Of a stretch of 35,618 bases of DNA, positions 30,166 through 35,618 are shown piece after piece (the first letter of the stretch is position 1; every line of letters starts with the position of its first letter). Source of the stretch: Propionibacteriaceae bacterium (lineage in GTDB: Bacteria; Actinomycetota; Actinomycetes; Propionibacteriales; Propionibacteriaceae); NCBI GenBank assembly GCA_030450535.1, contig JAKDIK010000001.1, positions 1 through 35,618 of the forward strand, in the 5' to 3' direction. The notes under the pieces are model-generated. The model had not been told where the DNA came from, did not search any database, and saw only the letters and a program-made list of their open reading frames with translations. The position numbers and the translations under genes were made by a program.

Positions 30166-31044
30166 ATGAGCGGCGCGACGGCTGCCTCCTCCCGCGTGTG
30201 GCGGCGCCTCGGTGCCCTCGCCCGGGATGCCCTACTGCGGGGGCTGCCGGCCCAGGAACTGCGTGCGATTCTCGCGGACATCGCGCGCGTCCGGGCCCGG
30301 GCCCTGACCGATGCCGACCTGATGAAGCGCTGGCGCGAGGACCGCTTCGTGACGCCGGCGGAGGTTGATCCCCGGCGCATCATGGCCCTGGAGGCCGTCC
30401 TGTGGGAGGCGCTGCCCGGCGAATTCACGCCCGTGCAGCTCTCGCCGCTGACGGTGCTCGGTTCGGTCTCGCACCTGACCGGGGTGAGCCAGAATCGGGT
30501 GCTCACGTCGATGCGTGGCACCGAATCGGTGCTCGACCCGGTCCATCCGCTGGCGTTCGAGGCGTCCCGCCTGCGCCGCAGCGGCCACAGCCGCGTCCAC
30601 CTGGCGGGGGGCGTCCGGACGATCCACGCGTGGGACAACGGCCCGCAGCCGCAGCACGAGACCCGGTTCGGGCTCGCCTCCAGCGCGCCGGACGGCGGCG
30701 GCTTCCAGACCGAGGCCGACCTCGCCGACCTGCATCTGGATTTCTGGCGCGAGGTGGTGGGCACCCTCGTGCCCGGCGGCCGCATCGAGCTGTACGTGCC
30801 CGAGGCGACCATCGCCGAGAGGCTCGCCCAACGCGGCAGCGCCGACGGCCTCATCGTCGTCACCGTGAGCGCGCCGTCGGCCTACCGCAACCCCTACACG
30901 GGCGTCGCCTTCCGCATCCTGGGCCCGGACGACGCCGATCTGGGCGACGGCGGACTCGTGCCATGGACGCAGACCCTGACCCGCAACCGCAAGGACCGCT
31001 GCTTCGTTTCCGGGATCAGCGTGGACGCCCTCGCCGCGCTCTGA
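30166..31044 (+). CDS. Hypothetical protein, possible class II aaRS-like fold
   Basis: Clean GC3-biased ORF; GGAG RBS before ATG 30166; C-terminal YTGVAF..GDGG..SGISVDAL. Confidence 0.7.
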   Translation: MSGATAASSRVWRRLGALARDALLRGLPAQELRAILADIARVRARALTDADLMKRWREDRFVTPAEVDPRRIMALEAVLWEALPGEFTPVQLSPLTVLGSVSHLTGVSQNRVLTSMRGTESVLDPVHPLAFEASRLRRSGHSRVHLAGGVRTIHAWDNGPQPQHETRFGLASSAPDGGGFQTEADLADLHLDFWREVVGTLVPGGRIELYVPEATIAERLAQRGSADGLIVVTVSAPSAYRNPYTGVAFRILGPDDADLGDGGLVPWTQTLTRNRKDRCFVSGISVDALAAL

Positions 31045-31061
31045 TCCGACCGGCCGACGCC

Positions 31062-32930
31062 TCAGCCCGTGATGTCGTAGCGCTGCAGCCGCTTGCGGTC
31101 GCGCTTGGTGTTGGACGCCTGCAGCGCCAGCAGCTCGGCGTAGATGCCGTCGGTGGCCGCGAGTTCATCGGGGGAGCCCACCTCGTCGATGCGGCCGTCG
31201 CGCAGGGTGATGATGCGGTCGACAGCCGAGATCGTCGAGAGGCGATGGGCGATGACGAGGCTTGTCCGGTCGGCCATGAGCTCCTCCAGCCCCGCCTGGA
31301 CGAGGCGCTCGGAGCGGGAATCGAGCGAGCTCGTCGCCTCGTCGAGCACCAGGATGGGGGCGTCCTTGAGCATCGCGCGCGCGACGGCGATGCGCTGCTT
31401 CTGGCCGCCCGACAGCTTGATGCCGCGCTCGCCGATCTCGGCGTCGTAGCTGTCGGCAAGCCGGGCGATGAAGTCGTGCGCGTTGGCCCGGCGGGCCGCC
31501 TCGATCATGACGTCGTGGCTGGCGCCCGGGCGGCCGTAGGTGATGTTCTCGGCGATGGTGCCGGAGAACAGGGAGGCGTCCTGGAACACCACCCCGACGG
31601 CGCCGCGAACCTGCTCCAGCGGAAGCGCCGCCACGTCGACGCCGCCGACGCGGACGGTGCCGGCGTCCGGTTCGTAGAGGCCCAGCAACAGGTTCACCAG
31701 CGTTGTCTTGCCGCCGCCGGACTCGCTGACGAGGGCGATGCGCTCGCCGGGTGCCGCCGCGAAGGTGATGTCGCGCAGCACGTCGTGATCGCCGTACCCG
31801 AAGCTGACGTGGTCGAACTCGAACGCCGGCGTTGATCCGCTGAACGCCAGTGCGGCGATCGGTCGGGCGGACGCCACGTCGGCCACGAACGCGCCGGTCG
31901 GACCGGTCGCCGGCTCCGCGTCCAGATCGGGGGAGCGCACCTCGCCGATGGCCGCCCGGGGCTCGGGCAGCTCGTCCATGACCTCGAAGTAGCTGCGGGT
32001 GCCCGCGATCGCGTGCTGGGAGGCGTCGACGAGATAGCTCATCATCATGACGGGGGTGCGAGCCATGGCCATGAGCTGCAGGAGCATCACCATGTCGCCG
32101 AGGGTGAACTCGCCGCCGGCGGTGCGGAGGAAGATGATCACGTAGATGGCGAAAAAGATGACGTTGATCGAGCCGCGGCGGGCCAGATCCATCAGGTGCC
32201 ACCAGCGGGACTGCTCGTGCGTCGTCGCGACCGTGCGGCGGTAATGGTCGTCGAAGCGCGTCAGCTCGTCACGCTCGCGGACGAAGCTCTTCACCACGCG
32301 GATCTGTCCGATCGCCTCGGCGAACCGGCCGCCTGCGAGGTCGAGCTGGACGTTCTTTTCGCCCTCCAGCCTCTGCCAGCGCCGCGAGGTCAGCATCGTG
32401 AGCCAGGTGAACAGCGGGTAGACGATGAACAGCAGCACCGCCAGCGGCCAGTAGTAGAAGCCGGCGATGATGAGCACCGCCACCACCGTGATGAGGGTGG
32501 GGAAGAAGTTGTTCGAGAACGAGGCGAGGAATTGGGTGAGCTCGATGATCGACCGGTGGAGGCGGTTGATGATCGTGCCGGTCAGTTGGGTGTCAAAGTA
32601 GCGTTGCGGCAGTCCGAGCAGCTTATTGTAGTAGCGCGAGCTGAGGATCGCCCGGAGCCGCATCGACATCGTGTCGCCCAGGTAGCCGCCCATGTTGCTC
32701 AGCAGCGTGTTGGCGAGTTCGACGGCGAGCAGGCCGACGGCGATCCACACGAGCGGCGCGACGCGGGTGCCCGCCCCGCCGACCTGCGCCACGACCTCAT
32801 CGGTGGCGAGTTTCGTGAGGTAGGGCGTCAGCAGCGCGGTCGCGGCGATGAGCACGCTCGTCACGACGATGCCGATGTACCGCGGCGTCAGCTCGCGGGC
32901 CTCGCGCAGGGCGCGGAGGATGCTCTCCAT
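31062..32930 (-). CDS. ABC exporter, fused TMD-NBD (MsbA/MdlB-like)
   Basis: TM region, SESGGGKTT, LSGGQKQR, LDEATS, IAHRLST; AAGGA RBS before ATG 32930. Confidence 0.93.
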   Translation of the reverse strand: MESILRALREARELTPRYIGIVVTSVLIAATALLTPYLTKLATDEVVAQVGGAGTRVAPLVWIAVGLLAVELANTLLSNMGGYLGDTMSMRLRAILSSRYYNKLLGLPQRYFDTQLTGTIINRLHRSIIELTQFLASFSNNFFPTLITVVAVLIIAGFYYWPLAVLLFIVYPLFTWLTMLTSRRWQRLEGEKNVQLDLAGGRFAEAIGQIRVVKSFVRERDELTRFDDHYRRTVATTHEQSRWWHLMDLARRGSINVIFFAIYVIIFLRTAGGEFTLGDMVMLLQLMAMARTPVMMMSYLVDASQHAIAGTRSYFEVMDELPEPRAAIGEVRSPDLDAEPATGPTGAFVADVASARPIAALAFSGSTPAFEFDHVSFGYGDHDVLRDITFAAAPGERIALVSESGGGKTTLVNLLLGLYEPDAGTVRVGGVDVAALPLEQVRGAVGVVFQDASLFSGTIAENITYGRPGASHDVMIEAARRANAHDFIARLADSYDAEIGERGIKLSGGQKQRIAVARAMLKDAPILVLDEATSSLDSRSERLVQAGLEELMADRTSLVIAHRLSTISAVDRIITLRDGRIDEVGSPDELAATDGIYAELLALQASNTKRDRKRLQRYDITG

Positions 32931-32947
32931 GGTGTCCTTATCGGTCT

Positions 32948-33550
32948 TTAGCGGGCGTCGGTGTGGGTGCGGAGCAGATGGGTGAGGTGGCGCTCGACCG
33001 CGGGCCAGGCGTCGTCGGTGAGCGCGTACTGGGCGGTGTCGGTCACGACGCCGTCCCGGGTGACGCGGTCGTTGCGGATGCGCCCCTCGAAGACCGCCCC
33101 GAGGCGCTCGATGGCGCGGCGGGACTCGTGGTTGAACCACGTGGCCCGGAACGCGACGCGCCGGCAGCCCCACACCTCGAAGGCGTGGCGCAGCAGCAGG
33201 AGCTTGCTCTCGGTGTTGATGCCGGTGCGACGCGCGGAGGCGGCGTTCCAGGTGAAGCCGATCTCGACCGCCGGCACGTCGGGCAGCGGGTGGAGGTAGG
33301 TGGTGACGCCGACGAGACGGTCGTCAGCCAGGCGCCGCGTGGCGAACGGCAGGAGGACGCCGCGTCCGGCCTGATCGAGCTTGGCCGCGATGTCGTCGTC
33401 GACGGCGTCCGGGCTCGGCGCGGAGGTGTACCAGAGTTCCCAGACGTTGCCGTCGGCCACGGCCGCGCGGAGGCCGTCCGAGTGCTGGGAGCCCAGCGGT
33501 TCGAGGCGAACGAGCCGGCCTGCCAGGGTGACGGGGTCGAGGAAGCTCAC
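32948..33550 (-). CDS. RimJ/RimL-type GNAT acetyltransferase
   Basis: VRLEPL, EIGFTW, NTESKLLLL.HAFE, SRRAIERLGA. Confidence 0.9.
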   Translation of the reverse strand: MSFLDPVTLAGRLVRLEPLGSQHSDGLRAAVADGNVWELWYTSAPSPDAVDDDIAAKLDQAGRGVLLPFATRRLADDRLVGVTTYLHPLPDVPAVEIGFTWNAASARRTGINTESKLLLLRHAFEVWGCRRVAFRATWFNHESRRAIERLGAVFEGRIRNDRVTRDGVVTDTAQYALTDDAWPAVERHLTHLLRTHTDAR

Positions 33551-33644
33551 GAACCACGATGGTAGACCCGGCCGCCGACGTTTCGTGATCGGGGGTGGCC
33601 GAGCTCGGGCGTGGGAGAATGTAGACCCCACGAGAGAGGACGCC

Positions 33645-34499
33645 ATGCTTCACCGTTCCCCCGTCCACGCCGGACGCCGCACGCTCACCTTTCGCCTGCC
33701 GGGCGACCATGGCCGGATCTCGGTGTGCGGCACGTTCAACGACTGGACGCCCGGGAAGCTGGTGATGGAACCGGCCTCCGACGGGTGGCTGGAGGCGACG
33801 GTCGAGATCCCTGCGGCCGAGGTGGTGGTCTTCCGCTACCGCAGCGATCGGGACTGGTGGTTCGACGAGCTGGACGCCGACGCGATCACCGGTGAGGGCA
33901 GCGTGGTCGAGCCCGCGGCGTCCGATTCTGTCTCCGAGCCCGAGCCCGAGCCCTCCGACGCCGTCTCGTCCCGCGCCGACACTCAACTTCCTGACAAGGG
34001 AGAGGGGGCAGCAACCGGCGCTGATGTCAGAAAGTTGAGTGTCGGCGAGGGCGCGGAGCCTCGGGCGGCGTCCGAGCCAAGCCAGGGCGACACCGCGGAC
34101 GCCGGCCCGCGGCCCCTGACCCCGGCCGATGTGGCCGCCAAGAAGGAGGCCAAGCTCCGCAAGAAGCGCGCCAAACTGGCCCGGGAGGCCGAGAAACGGC
34201 GTCGCGAGATCGAGACGAAGCGCATCGCCGCCGAGAAGCGCGCCAAGAAGCGGGCGGAGGAGGCCGAGGCGCGCGCGATCAAGGTGGCGCGTGAGGCCGA
34301 GAAGGCGAAGGAGGCCGCGCGCAAGGCCGTCGCCAAGGCGGCCAAGAAGGCGCAGGAGGCCCGGATGGCCCACCGCCTGCAGGCAGAGCGGCGCGCTCGA
34401 GCATCCCAGGAGGCGGCGGCTGCGGCAGCCGAGGCGAAGGCGCTGCGGCGTCCGCCGGCGGCGCCGGAGCCCGGGGTTTCTGAAGCCGGCGAGTCCTGA
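33645..34499 (+). CDS. Isoamylase early-set/CBM48-like domain protein with acidic linker and Lys/Ala/Arg/Glu-rich tail
   Basis: TFRLP..SVCGTFNDW..FRY..W..DAD; GAGAGGA RBS before ATG 33645. Confidence 0.8.
   Translation: MLHRSPVHAGRRTLTFRLPGDHGRISVCGTFNDWTPGKLVMEPASDGWLEATVEIPAAEVVVFRYRSDRDWWFDELDADAITGEGSVVEPAASDSVSEPEPEPSDAVSSRADTQLPDKGEGAATGADVRKLSVGEGAEPRAASEPSQGDTADAGPRPLTPADVAAKKEAKLRKKRAKLAREAEKRRREIETKRIAAEKRAKKRAEEAEARAIKVAREAEKAKEAARKAVAKAAKKAQEARMAHRLQAERRARASQEAAAAAAEAKALRRPPAAPEPGVSEAGES
33978..34043. repeat. 66-bp palindromic element, copy 2 (in-frame within CDS)
   Basis: GACACTCAACTTCCTGACA-N28-TGTCAGAAAGTTGAGTGTC; arms 18/19 complementary, extended by CGCC/GGCG; same length as 8494-8559. 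Confidence 0.9.
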
Positions 34500-34503
34500 G
34501 CAG

Positions 34504-34848
34504 GTGGGTTCTGGCCCGGGCGCCGTCGACCGCGTCCTGCTGGCGGTCGCGATGATCCCGGCCGGACGGGTGGCGTCGTACGGCGATATCGGGCGCGTGG
34601 CGGGCGTGGGCCCGCGCCGGGTGGGCTCGATCCTGCGCGAGCACGGTGACGAGGTCCCGTGGTGGCGGGTGCTGTCGGCGTCCGGGGAATCCCCGGTGCT
34701 GGATGCGGCGCGTCCCCACTGGGACGCCGAGGGCATCGCCGTCCGCCGGGGCGGACTGGGCTGCCGGATGAGCGTCTACCGCGCCGATCCGCATCAACTG
34801 GCTGCTGACTACGCCGAGGCCTCAGGGGACCGGGACGGGCTCGGGTGA
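34504..34848 (+). CDS. Alkyltransferase-like (ATL/YbaZ-type, MGMT family) protein
   Basis: IPAGRVASYGDI..PRRVG..VPWWRV (Trp in place of the catalytic Cys of PCHRV); start codon uncertain. Confidence 0.82.
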   Translation: MGSGPGAVDRVLLAVAMIPAGRVASYGDIGRVAGVGPRRVGSILREHGDEVPWWRVLSASGESPVLDAARPHWDAEGIAVRRGGLGCRMSVYRADPHQLAADYAEASGDRDGLG

Positions 34849-35618
34849 GGGTGCCGGCACCGTCGGCCGGCGGATGCTGAGGACGACCGCCGCTGCCGCC
34901 AGGCACAGCACGGCGGCGATGAACCAGGATTCGGCGTAGCTGCCCGTGAGCTCGCGGAGGTTCCCGGCCAGGGTGGCGCCCGCTCCGGCCCCGACCATGT
35001 GGGAGGCGAACACCCAGCCGAACACGACGCCCGAGCGTTCCAGGCCGAAGTGCTGCCGGCACAGGGCCACGGTGGGCGGCACGGTGGCGACCCAATCGAG
35101 GCCGTAGAAGATGATGAAGAACCACATGCCCCCGGAGATGTCCGGGCCGATGACGCCGGGGAGAAGGAACAGGGCGATGCCGCGTCCGCCGTAGTAGATG
35201 GCGAGCAGCACCCGGGAATCCACTCGGTCGGTGAGCCAGCCGGACGCGACGGTGCCGATGATGTCGAACGCCCCGATCATGGCGAGCAGCATGGCGGCGA
35301 GCATCGTGCTCATGCCGTAGTCGGCCGTGGCGGGGATGAAGTGGGTCTGCATGAGGCCGTTCGTCGACCAGCCGCAGACGAAGAAGGACGCCGCCAGCGC
35401 CCAGAACGGCCAGCGCCGGGCACCAAGGGCGAGGGCCGACAGCGTGGCCCGGACGGCGCCTTCGCGCGCGGTGTGGTCGGTGAAGCGGGCCGGGGCTTCG
35501 GCGGCGGCCGACGGCAGGGGCGTGTCGAGGGCGAGCTCGGGTTCGCCGTAGGGCCGAAGGCCGAGGTCCGCCGGCCGGTCGACGAGGAGGAGCAGGACGA
35601 GGGGGACGAGGGCGAGCG
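34822..35618 (-). CDS. MFS transporter, 5'-truncated by window edge
   Basis: Frame open to window end (LALVPLVLLLVDRPADLGLRPYG); FWALAASFFVCG, GWLTDRVDSR, YGLDWVATVPPT. Confidence 0.9.
   Translation of the reverse strand, partial: LALVPLVLLLLVDRPADLGLRPYGEPELALDTPLPSAAAEAPARFTDHTAREGAVRATLSALALGARRWPFWALAASFFVCGWSTNGLMQTHFIPATADYGMSTMLAAMLLAMIGAFDIIGTVASGWLTDRVDSRVLLAIYYGGRGIALFLLPGVIGPDISGGMWFFIIFYGLDWVATVPPTVALCRQHFGLERSGVVFGWVFASHMVGAGAGATLAGNLRELTGSYAESWFIAAVLCLAAAAVVLSIRRPTVPAPSPEPVPVP

Noticed and set aside
34504..34848. Active O6-methylguanine methyltransferase (ogt)
   Set aside because: PWWRV lacks the catalytic Cys, so it is called ATL-type.

Overview
High-GC (visually about 70%) actinobacterial chromosome segment; Propionibacteriales-like by inference from gene content. 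It carries about 35 mostly housekeeping or stress genes. These include a DUF3048 protein (5'-truncated), a GH13 glucan enzyme, a TRAP transporter divergent from an L-idonate dehydrogenase-like/ManD pair, a P450 with a divergent TetR, an RcdA-like TetR/acetyltransferase/HAD unit with a perfect palindromic operator, several membrane proteins, divergent otsB/otsA, a GT2 plus CE4 deacetylase pair, the dnaK-grpE-dnaJ-hspR operon with two HAIR operators, an ABC exporter, GNATs, an ATL protein and a truncated MFS gene. I found no transposase, integrase, rRNA, tRNA or CRISPR array. The most notable signal is a 66-bp palindromic element present twice, 25.5 kb apart, with conserved 19-bp arms and a fixed 28-bp spacer. 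One copy supplies the P450 stop codon and the other lies in-frame inside a CDS (REPIN/MITE/RPE-like). Also notable are recurrent 14-15 bp tandem repeats at gene ends, a degenerate class II aminoacyl-tRNA-synthetase-like orphan, and a CBM48-like domain fused to a Lys/Ala-rich tail. All family calls come from motif recognition by eye; no searches were run.
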